DNA of 64,000 nt from Candidatus Latescibacterota bacterium (GTDB taxonomy: Bacteria; Latescibacterota; UBA2968; UBA8231): the NCBI GenBank assembly GCA_965218365.1, contig OZ244619.1:3715231-3779230 (forward strand), given 5' to 3'. The notes under the pieces are model-generated. The model worked only from the letters and a program-made list of their open reading frames with translations, was not told the DNA's origin and searched no databases. A program made the position numbers and the translations under genes. How positions within the stretch are numbered: position 1 is the stretch's first letter; the number at the start of each line of letters is the position of its first letter. Below, piece after piece: positions 9,558 through 19,661 of this stretch.

Positions 9558-10109
9558 CGGCTCCATCTTCTGCGCTACCACGGGGTCTTGGCCCCTCGTG
9601 CCCGAGATCATCACCGCATCGTACCGGCGCAGCCGCTAGCCGAGTCGCCGGCGGCCAACCGCGCTTCGAGCGCTGGGCCCTGCGGCCATCGCCTGGGGTG
9701 GGCGGCCCTGCTCGCCCGCGTGTTTGCCACCGACCTCAGCGCCTGCCCGGCCGGTGGCGGTCGCCTGAGGATCATCGCTGCTCTGACCGATCCAGCCTCG
9801 ATCCGGACCAATCTGGAGGGCGTAGGGCTGCCGGCGGTGCCCCCGCCGAGGGTCCCGCCTCAACCCCAGTTCGAATTCGCCGCCTGACCTCCTCCGCGAT
9901 GGGCACCGGTGAGCCCTACGGAGGAATGCGTCCTGAATGGTCTCAGCGAGGACCGGGTTGGACCCGATACGGGCTCACAGGCAACCCAACCCTACTGCGA
10001 GCCCTGTCAAACGACCTGCAAACGATCCTCAGCGATCTTCCCCTGCCCCTTGCGTGTGTTCGGCGCCTTGACAAGAGGGCCGAAAAGGGGCCTCATTTTT
10101 CCTATACTT
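9558..10109 (+). mobile_element. IS91/ISCR-family element remnant, copy 3 (C-terminal ~100 codons of Y2 transposase plus 3' end)
   Basis: Encodes ..[92 protein letters not shown]. This is the Y2-transposase C-terminus with a Cys-x2-Gly-Gly zinc knuckle. The conserved 230-bp tail follows. Confidence 0.8.
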
Positions 10110-10412
10110 TAACTCAACCGCCCTCATTCTAACCAACGCTGATGTGGGTTTCACCTTGGCTTCGGTTTAGTATTACAACGACGGTTGGTGTGATAGGATG
10201 ACTGGGTAGTTGGGGAAGACTTGGGCAAGTGAGGCCGGGAAGTGGATGCGGGGGCTTTCGAGCACGGTGATAGATACTGGCTGCAGTATCAGCGCAAGCG
10301 TTTGTTCGCTCCGCTTGACCCGAAGGGGACTCCTGACTGGTCAGTCCCGATATGCTCCCCGCACTCAACTCCAGGGCCAGAAGTTACACACACCCTAATA
10401 TGGTAATATGAT

Positions 10413-11156
10413 ATGAACAAGGCCATTTGCTTCATTTTCGCGGCTATCGCTTTCCTCGCAACAGGGTGTGCAGCACCTATGACCAAGGTGGTGGCCACGC
10501 GCCAAAGTGGGACCATTGACCAAAATCTATTCAAAGAGGGCGATGAAGTTTGGGTTACCTATCAGGACAAACTAGATACCGTGACAATAAAGAAAGCTTT
10601 TGTCCTCGATACAGACGACGACTCGGTTAAGTTGGATGTAAGGAAGAAAGGGCATTTTGACATCGAATATCGACAGATACACACACTCAGTCGTCCAGTG
10701 AAGGATGTACGGTTTGTGAGTTTATCATCGGGCGCATTTACTACGGTACTTTTGGATCCTCCAATAGTCGGCGCGGGGCTTTCTTTAAGAAACGCGCCTT
10801 ATACAAACTACGGTATTGAGGCGAATCTCTCGCTAGGAGGAGGGAGAGATTCGAACGAGTTCTCGAAATGGCTAAGTGCGACTCTAAATTGGTACGGATA
10901 TACCTTCGTGCCCCGCACGTATATCTTCCTCGGATTTGGATATATATGGCCTAAGCCGACCGAAAGGTTTAGGGAAATTTATTATGATGATGGCGAGCGT
11001 GTCAGTACTGGCCTTATGCGTTTTGGATTTGGAGTGACGAATCCCATTTCAAAGCGGTTCAATATACGCGTAGAGGCTGAATTTAGTGTCCTAGTAGGAT
11101 TAAAGGTCTACCTTGAGCGTAGACTTCATACTGGATCCCAGAAAATTGGTGGATAG
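10413..11156 (+). CDS. Hypothetical lipoprotein (signal peptide plus lipobox LATGC), low-GC
   Basis: 247-aa ORF. Codon usage is atypical and GC about 45% against a background of about 65%. The Y/F/G-rich C-terminal half suggests a beta-rich outer-membrane-type fold. Confidence 0.45.
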   Translation: MNKAICFIFAAIAFLATGCAAPMTKVVATRQSGTIDQNLFKEGDEVWVTYQDKLDTVTIKKAFVLDTDDDSVKLDVRKKGHFDIEYRQIHTLSRPVKDVRFVSLSSGAFTTVLLDPPIVGAGLSLRNAPYTNYGIEANLSLGGGRDSNEFSKWLSATLNWYGYTFVPRTYIFLGFGYIWPKPTERFREIYYDDGERVSTGLMRFGFGVTNPISKRFNIRVEAEFSVLVGLKVYLERRLHTGSQKIGG

Positions 11157-11161
11157 ATAAT

Positions 11162-11824
11162 ATGGATGTCGGAATCAACAAAAATCACCACATCAGCCCT
11201 ACTAATGCAGGGTTGGTTTTGCTCGTATTCTCTCTTCTCTCATTTGTCGATCATGTCCATGCGGATGGGACACGCGACAAACTACTCGCCAAGAAGTTTG
11301 CTCCCATACTGGTACTGACGGAGCATCCAACAATATCCGGCCGTATAGTGCTTAATCCTGAACCGGTTGAAATCATGGGCGCTGACTCCCTGTCCAATGT
11401 CAGGGTGGTCTCCGCGAATCTATTGGGAGGTTACTTCCTGGAAGCGTCCTATTTAGCCGACTGGAACCCACCTTTGAATTTTCCCGGGGTCGATGCTTCG
11501 CGAAATCAATTTGCATTTCTTACTACTCAACGAAGGTTCTATGACGGTATACGGCCAGGAGAAAATTCTGAGTCGGTTAACATGGTGGTGAAGCCACTAT
11601 TTTTTGACTACCCTGGAGACGATAGGGCATCTTGGAACCCTGCGTATCTTGGGACTGGTGGGGATGATGCTCATGCGGGATGGCGGTTCAGGAACACTGT
11701 GTACGCCCGCGTGTTTGAACGTCCCGATTCCTCGGACGGTAAAGGTTCCGTTTTTATCACCTATTTTTCTTTCTATCCTTTTAACGATTCCTCAGCGCCT
11801 GCCCGGCCTGTGGCGGTCGCCTGA
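11162..11824 (+). CDS. Hypothetical secreted protein, 3' end replaced by element copy 4
   Basis: Signal-peptide-like N-terminus. The last 11 codons (SAPARPVAVA) are read from inside the IS remnant, so the native C-terminus is lost. Confidence 0.4.
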   Translation: MDVGINKNHHISPTNAGLVLLVFSLLSFVDHVHADGTRDKLLAKKFAPILVLTEHPTISGRIVLNPEPVEIMGADSLSNVRVVSANLLGGYFLEASYLADWNPPLNFPGVDASRNQFAFLTTQRRFYDGIRPGENSESVNMVVKPLFFDYPGDDRASWNPAYLGTGGDDAHAGWRFRNTVYARVFERPDSSDGKGSVFITYFSFYPFNDSSAPARPVAVA

Positions 11825-12165
11825 GGATCATCGCTGCTCTGACCGATCCAGCCTCGATGCGGACCTATCTGGAGGGCGTAGGGCTGCCGGCGGTGCCCCC
11901 CCCGAGGGTCCCGCCTCAACCCCAGTTCGAGTTCGCCGCCTGACCTCCTCCGCGATGGGCACCGGTGAGCCCTGCGGAGGCATGCGTCCTGAATGGTCTC
12001 AGCGAGGACCGGGTTGGACCCGATACGGGCTCACAGGCAACCCAACCCTACTGCGAGCCCTGTCAAACGACCTGCAAACGATCCTCAGCGAGCTTGCCCT
12101 GCCCCTTGCGTGTGTTCGGCGCCTTGACAAGAGGGCCGAAAAGGGGCCTCATTTTTCCTATACTT
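11790..12165 (+). mobile_element. IS91/ISCR-family element remnant, copy 4 (last ~45 codons of tnp plus 3' end)
   Basis: Starts within ..LSACPACGGRLRIIAALTDP.. and ends with the conserved tail ...tcctatactt. Confidence 0.8.
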
Positions 12166-12366
12166 TGCAGTTCATTGATGATACGGAGAGCATGATAGCC
12201 GGATTCGAGAATGTGGATGCCATGGACAGACGGGCGTTTGCGGTTTTTGTTTTACTGAGGAATAGACGATAGTGGTGGATTTCAGATTATCAGGTCAGAG
12301 AGATGGTTAGTCGAAGAGGCTGGACACGTCAACAATCGCTGCGGATTAGGGCGAAGGAGAGATTGA

Positions 12367-13557
12367 ATGAAGATCACTGACCTTAAGTGCGCCGTCATCG
12401 GCGGCAACCCTGTCGTTCGTATCAAGACCGACGGTGGAATTGACGGTCTTGGGCAGGCTGAGTGGACGAAGCGGTACCTGAAGCCTCACGTGCTTTTCTA
12501 TCGCGACATGATACTGGGGCAGGACCCCACGGACGTTGAGCGGGTCATGGACAGGATCCGCAGGATGGGGAGCTTCAAGCCCTGGGGCGCCGCGGTGAGC
12601 GCAATCGAGGTGGCGCTGTGGGACATCGCTGGGAAGGCGGCGGGACTCCCCGTGTACAAGCTATTGGGCGGCAAGGTGAGGGACAAGGTCAGGGTCTATA
12701 ACGGGGGCGTAAGGGTGCCGCTGGAAGGGAATTCGCCCGAGCACTTCGCTGAGGACATGGCCAGGATGAAGGAGCTCAAAGAGGGGTTCACTATCATCAA
12801 GCAGGGGATCGCTTTCCACTCGCGTACGCCGGAGGAGGTCCCGGACTTCTTCTACGGTGAGCGTCCCCAGGGGGCAAGGCCGGCGTTCGGCGGGCCTCTC
12901 ACGGAGCGCGGGCTGAAGCACACGGTAGCCTGTATAGAGGCGATGAAGGACGTGCTGGGAGACGAGATCGGCCTCGCTCTGGACTGCGGCCCGGGGGTTA
13001 CGGTGCCGGACGCTCTCCGACTCGCCAAGGCGGTGGAGCCGCTGAATGTGATGTGGCTGGAGGACATGATTACGGGGGACTATACGCCCTATGTTCTGCC
13101 GGAACTGTACCGTGAAGTGACAACTGCCACGTCCACGCCGATTCACACGGGTGAGCAGATATACCTCAGGCAGAACTTCAAGGACCTGATCGAAAAGAAG
13201 GCGGTAAACATAATTGGACCGGACCCTCTGGATGTCGGCGGAATTGCCGAGTTGAAGTGGATCGCCGAGTTCGCGGACCTCCACGGAATCCTCGTGGCGC
13301 CGCACGGCATTGCGGACGGGCTCATCGGACTGGCGGCGCACGTCCACCTGGCTGCGACACTTCCGCGGAACTACATCGCGTTGGAGTATCCTGTGGGAAG
13401 GCCGGAGTGGTGGTACGACCTTATTGACGGACTTCCGTCCCCGATAGTGGAGGATGGATTCATTCGGGTCTGGGACACGCCCGGTTTAGGCGTCACATTC
13501 AACGTACCGGAGGCGAAGAAGCGCTTGTCCGAGGAGGACAGGGACTTCTTCGATTAG
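12367..13557 (+). CDS. Enolase-superfamily (mandelate racemase/muconate lactonizing enzyme family) sugar-acid dehydratase
   Basis: MKITDLKCAVIGGNPVVRIKTDGGIDGLG..AIEVALWDIAGKAAGLPVYKLLGG is a hallmark N-terminal/capping-domain motif of MR/MLE-family dehydratases. A strong RBS (aaggagag) is present. Confidence 0.8.
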   Translation: MKITDLKCAVIGGNPVVRIKTDGGIDGLGQAEWTKRYLKPHVLFYRDMILGQDPTDVERVMDRIRRMGSFKPWGAAVSAIEVALWDIAGKAAGLPVYKLLGGKVRDKVRVYNGGVRVPLEGNSPEHFAEDMARMKELKEGFTIIKQGIAFHSRTPEEVPDFFYGERPQGARPAFGGPLTERGLKHTVACIEAMKDVLGDEIGLALDCGPGVTVPDALRLAKAVEPLNVMWLEDMITGDYTPYVLPELYREVTTATSTPIHTGEQIYLRQNFKDLIEKKAVNIIGPDPLDVGGIAELKWIAEFADLHGILVAPHGIADGLIGLAAHVHLAATLPRNYIALEYPVGRPEWWYDLIDGLPSPIVEDGFIRVWDTPGLGVTFNVPEAKKRLSEEDRDFFD

Positions 13558-14557
13558 TACAGCGTCAAGCAAGTTTTGCCATTTGTAAGCCTGCCCTGCC
13601 CTTGGACTGTTGCTTTCGGGGGCTTTTTCGAAACCCTATTCCACCTCCTTTCCGAGGTCTGGGTGGAACGCCCCCTCCACCCCTGGATTCCCGCCTGCGC
13701 GGGGATGACGGATGGTTGTGCGAAGGTCTCCCATGCGAGAATGGCGAAACGAAAGCCAGGCAAGGAAAAGCTGGCTCGGTTAATGGCACAGGTTCGGGCG
13801 TCCACCCGCCGCGAACCGGAAAAGGAGCCTCTTTACCAGATCCTCGCCGAACATTTGGAAACCTTCCTCCAGCAAGCCCACACGTCCGAGCACCGCCTGC
13901 CGCTCCACGTCGAGAAGGAGATGCGCGCCTACCTTCGGGGAACGCGCCGGTCAGCGTTTGCGACGCGCCCTGCAAGATGCGGCCACCGGGGTACGTACGG
14001 CGCCCTTGTGCTTCGCTTCGCGCGGCTTTTCGCTGCATGCAGCGACGCGGATCGCGGGCTCGGACCGGCGAGGGCTCGAACGCTTATGCCGCTACTTGGC
14101 CCGACCGGCCCTGGCCGCCGGGCGCCTCCTCGATCGCCTGGGGTGGGCGGCCCTGCTCGCCCGCGTGTTTACCACCGACCTCAGCGCCTGCCCGGCCTGT
14201 GGCGGTCGCCAGCGGATCATCGCCGCCCTGACCGATCCAGCCTCGATCCGACGCTACCTGGTGGGCGTAGGGCTGCCGCTGAAAGCCCCGCCGAGGGCTC
14301 CACCACAGCTCCAGTTCGAATGCGCCCTCTGACCTTCCATTCTGGATCGCTCCCGGTGACGGCCGCAGGGCCGGGTGCGTCCTCAAGGGCCTCATCGAGT
14401 ACCGCGTTGGACCCGATGCGGGCCCACAGGCTACCCAACCCTACTGCGAGCCCTGCCCAACGACCTGCAAACGATCATCAGCGAGCTTGCCCGGCCTCTT
14501 GCGTGGGTTCAGCGCATTGACAGAGGGCCAAAAAAGGTGCCTCATTTACCTATACTT
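13558..14557 (+). mobile_element. Internally deleted (~1 kb) IS91/ISCR-family element, copy 5; retains the putative left end, the tnp N-terminus and the 3' end (subfamily B tail)
   Basis: N-terminus MAKRKPGKEKLARL...LPLHVEKEMRAYLRCGTLAGGFARLRC is the IS91 zinc-binding N-terminal domain. The sequence then jumps to ..GERAGQRLRRALQDAATGVRTAPLCFASRGF..ERLCRYLARPALAAGRL, and again to ..[28 protein letters not shown]... A small hairpin (cccgcctgcgcggg) lies upstream of the N-terminus. The left boundary is approximate. Confidence 0.7.
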
Positions 14558-14702
14558 CCGAGCGGTTCGGCGTCAGAGAGCGGCAGGTGTTCGCGATTCT
14601 GGCGCAGGGGCCGGGGGGAAGGGGGGCAGCGTAGGTCGCAAGGTTTCCTACTAGACGGCCGTCCAATTATTCTTCAATTCGGAGAGGTTGGGAGGTTTCA
14701 GC

Positions 14703-15005
14703 ATGTCCCGGGCATACTTGGTTCGTGTGCGAGGAGTAAGTTACTCGAATTCGGATGGTACCTCCCGTCAAGTATTAGTTCGTAAACTAAGATGCAGGGA
14801 GCCAGAAGTTTGGCGTTGTCCAGCGGACGGGAATTCTGAATGCGGGCGCCAGGTTCCTTTTGCCAATTCTGTGTTAGGTTCATCACCGGGGTCGTCACAC
14901 TCGCTTATGCGGTTGGTAAGACAGGGTCTCGTCTGCGGACGCAGCGATGCAAGGGCCACACAGCGAAGAATAACCAATGTCGACGACTGTATAAAGCTCA
15001 CGTGA
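14703..15005 (+). CDS. Small hypothetical protein (100 aa), weak HIRAN-domain-like N-terminus
   Basis: A good RBS (ggaggtt) precedes the ATG. YLVRVRGVSYSNSDGTSRQVLVRKLRCREP loosely follows the HIRAN pattern (V.GvqyY....G..V.L.REP). It sits in a low-GC stretch just 3' of copy 5. The call is very tentative. Confidence 0.2.
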   Translation: MSRAYLVRVRGVSYSNSDGTSRQVLVRKLRCREPEVWRCPADGNSECGRQVPFANSVLGSSPGSSHSLMRLVRQGLVCGRSDARATQRRITNVDDCIKLT

Positions 15006-15080
15006 TGGCGCGCGCGCCGGGAGAGATCAGCTTCAAACGCGCAGCATTCCGATTTAACGTTGCGATAGAGGGGAAACAGA

Positions 15081-16436
15081 TTGGCAAACCAAGACCTGGA
15101 CCTATACGAACGCGTTTACGAACTGTTCCACCACCTGGGCCTGACGAAAGCGCACGTGGCCGCCCACCAGTGGCCGGGTGACTGGCAAGGTTTGGCCGGC
15201 GAGCGCCCCGAGCTGCTCTCATCCTTGACCCTCGCCGGCGGATTGCCGCCAGATACCTCTGCGTTGGAAGACATGTCTGTGCCCCTGTTCGTTTTCTACG
15301 GAGAAGGTGGTTCTGCCGATCGCGATATCGGGCCGACCTTGGATTCTTGGACCAACGCAAGCTCATTGAAACTCAGCGGCTATTCCCGAGAGCTGTGGGA
15401 CGATATCGTAGCCGACCGTTTAGAAGAGATCGCGCCGGCCTGGGAAGAGTTCCTTGGTAACGCGGATGCAGCGGTTGCGATTCACGAGGCCACGTGTAAA
15501 GAAGGCGCCATCCATGACGCTGCTTGTAAGGAAGGCAGTGGCGAGCACGCGGGGTTGAGGTATGAGGTGCGCGGCTCGGGACCGGCGCTGGTGTTGTTCC
15601 CCCTGGGACTGGCGAAATCTCAGTGGGAACCGCTCGTGGAACGACTGGCCGAGCGCTATTGCACGATCACCGTTCGGGGGCCACACCTGGGGCCGGCGGC
15701 GGTTCTGGAAGGACGCGCCAGATCGAGTGGATACCTAGATGTGGTAGGAAGGGTTGTGGATGTGGCGCGGCTGCAGCCGGGAGAACGGGTGCTCGAGGTG
15801 GGGTGTGGTACCGGCGCCATTGTGAGAAGGCTGGCCGCGCACAACCCTGAATGTTCCTTCACCGGTGTCGACGTGAACACATATCTACTGGAGGAAGCCA
15901 GGTCACTGGCGGAGGCAAACGCAGCGGAGGCGATCAAATTTGAGGAGGGAAACGCCGAGACGCTGCCTTTCCCGGACGGAAGCTTCGATGCCGCCCTGTC
16001 GTTCACGGTGCTCGAGGAGCTGGATGTGGACAAGGCGTTGGCGGAAATGGTGCGGGCGGTGAAACCGGGAGGTCGGGTGGGCGTTCTCGTCCGTTCGGTG
16101 GATACATATGTGGTCGTGAATGTACCGGTAGGCGCTGAAGTACGACAAAAGTTGGAAGCGCCACCCCGATGGTGGGGCGGGGTAGGGCAGAAAGGGTGCG
16201 CTGACCGGAGTTTGTACCGCAGATTTATCGACGCCGGGCTCAAGGATGTACAGATGTTGCCGCAGCTTGCCACCTACACTGACCGGGAACGATTGGAGGG
16301 AGTGTATCCTCAGTTTGCTGTGCTGCTCGATTCAAAAGAGCGGGATGAATGGTGGACCGCGGTGCAGGCAGCCACGGCGGAGGGAACGGCATTCATCTCG
16401 CAGCCGATGCACAGTGCTGTAGGTACGAAGCGATAG
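15081..16436 (+). CDS. Two-domain protein with a C-terminal class I SAM-dependent methyltransferase domain
   Basis: VLEVGCGTGAIVRRLA (motif I) followed by ..FDAALSFTVLEEL..MVRAVKPGGRVGV (motifs II/III). The N-terminal ~200 aa are unrecognised. Confidence 0.6.
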   Translation: MANQDLDLYERVYELFHHLGLTKAHVAAHQWPGDWQGLAGERPELLSSLTLAGGLPPDTSALEDMSVPLFVFYGEGGSADRDIGPTLDSWTNASSLKLSGYSRELWDDIVADRLEEIAPAWEEFLGNADAAVAIHEATCKEGAIHDAACKEGSGEHAGLRYEVRGSGPALVLFPLGLAKSQWEPLVERLAERYCTITVRGPHLGPAAVLEGRARSSGYLDVVGRVVDVARLQPGERVLEVGCGTGAIVRRLAAHNPECSFTGVDVNTYLLEEARSLAEANAAEAIKFEEGNAETLPFPDGSFDAALSFTVLEELDVDKALAEMVRAVKPGGRVGVLVRSVDTYVVVNVPVGAEVRQKLEAPPRWWGGVGQKGCADRSLYRRFIDAGLKDVQMLPQLATYTDRERLEGVYPQFAVLLDSKERDEWWTAVQAATAEGTAFISQPMHSAVGTKR

Positions 16437-16537
16437 CGCGGTCCGAGCCACGGAGCCGCAGTACGTTTGACCGTGTTGGCCATGCAACGAGCGATCCGTA
16501 TCTGGGAAAACGTCCCCCCAAAAGACAAGATATTCCT

Positions 16538-16737
16538 TGACGGCCGCAGGGCCGGGTGCGTCCTCAAGGGCCTCATCGAGTACCGCGTTGGACCCGATAC
16601 GGCCCACAAGCTACCCAACCCTACTGCGAGCCCTGCCCAACGACCTGCAAACGATCATCAGCGAGCTTGCCCGGCCCCTTGCGTGGGTTCAGCGCATTGA
16701 CAAAGGGCCAAAAAGGGGCCTCATTTTCCCTATACTT
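16538..16737 (+). mobile_element. IS91/ISCR-family element remnant, copy 6 (subfamily B tail only)
   Basis: Matches the last ~200 bp of copy 5 (ggccgcagggccgggtgcgtcctcaagggcctcatcgagtaccgcgttggacccgat...ccctatactt). Confidence 0.8.
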
Positions 16738-16879
16738 CTCGACGGCGTCATGGGGAAAGCGCTGGTCCGAATCCACCTGGTGCCGACGCAGTGCCCGTGC
16801 CGTCTGTCGGTCGGTGCCCGGTGCTCGCCCAAGTCCCAGATCGATCCGTCCCGGATAGAGCGACTTACTCACCGATGCC

Positions 16880-18394
16880 TTAGCCCACATACGCCGCATG
16901 CAGGCAAGCGTCTTCGGGCCGGATGCCTCCCCAGATCACTTTTACCCGAACGGGACCGTCGAGCGCAGCCAACGAATCGCGTTCCGCCCAGCCCACACGC
17001 TGGCGAAAACCAGACTCGGTCACGGCGATGCAATCGTCGCCAGAAAAACCGGGAATCGGCTCGAACTCCCGGGTGAGGATCTCGACCTTCAGGGGGCTGT
17101 GCTCAGATAGTCCTGAGGCGTTCAAATAAACGCAGGTACCCTTGCCCTCCGTCTCCATCGGGCATGAGATAAAGTGGGACGGCTCGACAACGGAACCGAA
17201 GCCCTCGCTCGAATCGAAGTGACGCAGTTGGACCGCAGCTGGATCCGGTGAGAAATGGGCCAATCGGTCCTTGGGCCAGGTGGCGACCCGCACCGCGTTC
17301 TCGGTAGCGGCGGATTCCCGCCAGCCGCCATACCAGAAGATGCTGCGGTCGCCAATGTTTTCGAACCCTTGGCCTTGCAGCAGACGTGGAGACGCGCCGT
17401 CGGGTTCTTCGTAGGCAGGAACCATCTTGAAATCTGGCACCGGTTCCTTGAAGTGCATGGCATCGTTGCTGACTACCAGCCCCAGGTCGCAGGTGCTGAA
17501 GCGGCGGTCGTTGCTCTCGTTGTGGTACTGGCCGTAGATCCCGATGAGCACGTTGCCCCGATTCCACAGGGTGGCCCCGACATGTACCTGTTCGCCTCGA
17601 TGCAGCTCGAAATCGGTAGGGGGACGAGGCGGAATATTGTCGCGGCGAAAGCTGAGGAGCGCGGCTTGAGGCCAATGCTCGAAGTCGTATGACGTGAAGG
17701 TGACCATGGTCCGTTTGCGAGCGCCCTTGATGGGGTGGGGTATGGAGGAACCCTGGCCGTTCATGTAATAGCAGTCGCCGTAACGGACGAGGCCGCCGTG
17801 TTCGAGTCGAGAGCCGCGAATGATCGGGTTGTGTGGCGAGTCGACCCAACGCAAGCCGTCCTCCGAAAAGGCGGCCGACACGGCTGCTGAACTGCCTGCA
17901 TAGACCATCTTGAAACGCCGCTTCGGGTCTGGATCGTCAGGTTCGTAGAGCACGGCCAGATGTTCGGCCGGGATCATTCGAGCTTCCCCGTTCCCAACCA
18001 GACCTACCAGATTGTTGTTCTTGTTGCCGGCGTATTCGAGGATGCCCAGCTTCGGTTTGTCCCAGTCGATTCCGTCCTTGGAGACCGCGTAGCAGACGCG
18101 CCGAACATGATCGGTGCCGGCACCGCCGTACCACATGCGGTACTCCCCATCAACGCAGAGAACGCTGCCGTAATAGACCACTTCGGTGTGATCGGGATCT
18201 TCGGGGCCACCCTGAACGACAACCGGTTTTCCGGGGTGATCGGGGTCGAACCCATGGCCTGTCTCGTATGGGGTTTTTCGCGCGGGCGAAAGCTCCATCA
18301 GCAGGTTTTTGTTGAGCGGAATCGAATAGTCGTCGAAAGGGAAAAGCACCGCTTCGGCGATGGATTGAATCGGCCCACCGTTGTGTACGATCAT
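16880..18394 (-). CDS. Beta-propeller glycoside-hydrolase-like protein (GH43/GH32/sialidase-like fold family), paralog 1
   Basis: Start chosen at [10 protein letters not shown] with RBS ggaaagga. Motifs shared with the paralogs at 33203, 35485, 42059 and 44294: DPDP.RR[FY]K, S.DG..WDKP (Asp-box-like) and HFISCPM. The family assignment is by pattern only. Confidence 0.5.
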   Translation of the reverse strand: MIVHNGGPIQSIAEAVLFPFDDYSIPLNKNLLMELSPARKTPYETGHGFDPDHPGKPVVVQGGPEDPDHTEVVYYGSVLCVDGEYRMWYGGAGTDHVRRVCYAVSKDGIDWDKPKLGILEYAGNKNNNLVGLVGNGEARMIPAEHLAVLYEPDDPDPKRRFKMVYAGSSAAVSAAFSEDGLRWVDSPHNPIIRGSRLEHGGLVRYGDCYYMNGQGSSIPHPIKGARKRTMVTFTSYDFEHWPQAALLSFRRDNIPPRPPTDFELHRGEQVHVGATLWNRGNVLIGIYGQYHNESNDRRFSTCDLGLVVSNDAMHFKEPVPDFKMVPAYEEPDGASPRLLQGQGFENIGDRSIFWYGGWRESAATENAVRVATWPKDRLAHFSPDPAAVQLRHFDSSEGFGSVVEPSHFISCPMETEGKGTCVYLNASGLSEHSPLKVEILTREFEPIPGFSGDDCIAVTESGFRQRVGWAERDSLAALDGPVRVKVIWGGIRPEDACLHAAYVG

Positions 18395-18598
18395 ATCTGA
18401 GTCCTTTCCACAGCCAAGTTGAAGCGGAAATCTGCTCAAAAGGAAGGGCTGTGTCAACCGATTCGGGGTTCGGGGAGGACGGGAAGGACCAGAGATGTTA
18501 GATTTGGCGCCGGTTTTTCGTGCCAACCTGATTGCACGCAACGATTAGCGTTTCGCGTCTTGAGATACCAGCATAGCGAGCATTCCCGGAGGAGAACA

Positions 18599-19648
18599 AT
18601 GGCTACAGAGCAACTGTTCATCGTGAGCACACTGACGGATTCCGACGGAATCTTCATCTATCGCATAGCCGACGCAGACGGGCATCTCGAGTTGGTTCGA
18701 CAATACAAGGAGATCAGCAATCCGTTCTTTATCGACCTCCATCCGAACGGCAACGTCGTCTACAGCATTTCAGATCCAGACAACGAACAGATGGTGGAGG
18801 CTCTTGCCCTGGATCGTGCTACCGGTGAGCTGACCCCGATAAACAAACAACCGACCCAGGGGGGCTACCCCTGTTACGTCACGGTCGATCCAAGCGGGCG
18901 AATGGTGGTGGCGGCCAACTACAAAGGAGGCAGCGTCATATCTTACCCGCTCGAGGAGGACGGGGCGTTGGGTGCGGTGGGATCTTTCGTGCAGCACGTT
19001 GGCCACAGCGTCGAGCCGCGCCGCCAAATAGAACCCCACGCCCACTGTTTCAAGGTGGCGGCCGACGGCCGGTTTGCTTTTGCCGCCGACCTCGGCATGG
19101 ACAAGGTCATGATCTACGCCCTCGATCTCGAGGCTGGCAGCTTGAGTCCCGGCCAGCAACACTTCGCTCGCGTCCAACCAGGAGGCGGCCCCCGGCATTT
19201 CATCTTTTCACCGGATAGTCGGCACGGCTATGTCATCAACGAGATGGGGAACACAGTTACCTCGTTCGTTTACGACCGGAAACAAGGGTTGTTGTTGGAG
19301 CGGGACTCGGTGCCAACCCTGCCGGCGGATTTCGACGGCCACAGTGCTACAGCCGATCTGGCGTTCACCCCCGACGGACGTTTCCTCTACGGCACCAACC
19401 GGGGTCACGAAAGTCTCGCCATGTTCACGGTGGATATCCAAAGCGGTGCCCTGACTCCCAACGGAATCGAGCCGAGCCGGGGGGAGATGCCACAGAATAT
19501 CACCATCACCCCCGACGGGAAGCTGCTCTTTATAGCCAATACCAAAGGCAACAACCTGGTCGCCTTCCACATAGATCAGTCTTCGGGTAAGCTAAATTTC
19601 AGCTGTGAACTCGAGATGCCGGCACCGGTATGTGGTGTGCTTGGATGA
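18599..19648 (+). CDS. 7-bladed beta-propeller lactonase (6-phosphogluconolactonase / cis-carboxymuconate lactonizing-enzyme-like)
   Basis: MATEQLFIVSTLT..GIFIYRI....LELV......NPFFIDLHPNGNVVYS......VEALALD..TGELTPINKQPTQGGYPCYVTVDPSGRMVVAANYKGGSVISYPL is the typical Lactonase (PF10282) layout. The RBS is ggaggagaa. Confidence 0.65.
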   Translation: MATEQLFIVSTLTDSDGIFIYRIADADGHLELVRQYKEISNPFFIDLHPNGNVVYSISDPDNEQMVEALALDRATGELTPINKQPTQGGYPCYVTVDPSGRMVVAANYKGGSVISYPLEEDGALGAVGSFVQHVGHSVEPRRQIEPHAHCFKVAADGRFAFAADLGMDKVMIYALDLEAGSLSPGQQHFARVQPGGGPRHFIFSPDSRHGYVINEMGNTVTSFVYDRKQGLLLERDSVPTLPADFDGHSATADLAFTPDGRFLYGTNRGHESLAMFTVDIQSGALTPNGIEPSRGEMPQNITITPDGKLLFIANTKGNNLVAFHIDQSSGKLNFSCELEMPAPVCGVLG

Positions 19649-19661
19649 AGGAGATTACCTG

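Noticed and set aside
13565-14038. Minus-strand MQRKAARSEAQ... ORFs, also at 25294..26439, 28181..28549 and 37109..37432
   Set aside because: They are antisense to the transposase coding fragments. They are R/A/G-rich and typical of the reverse strand of GC-rich genes.
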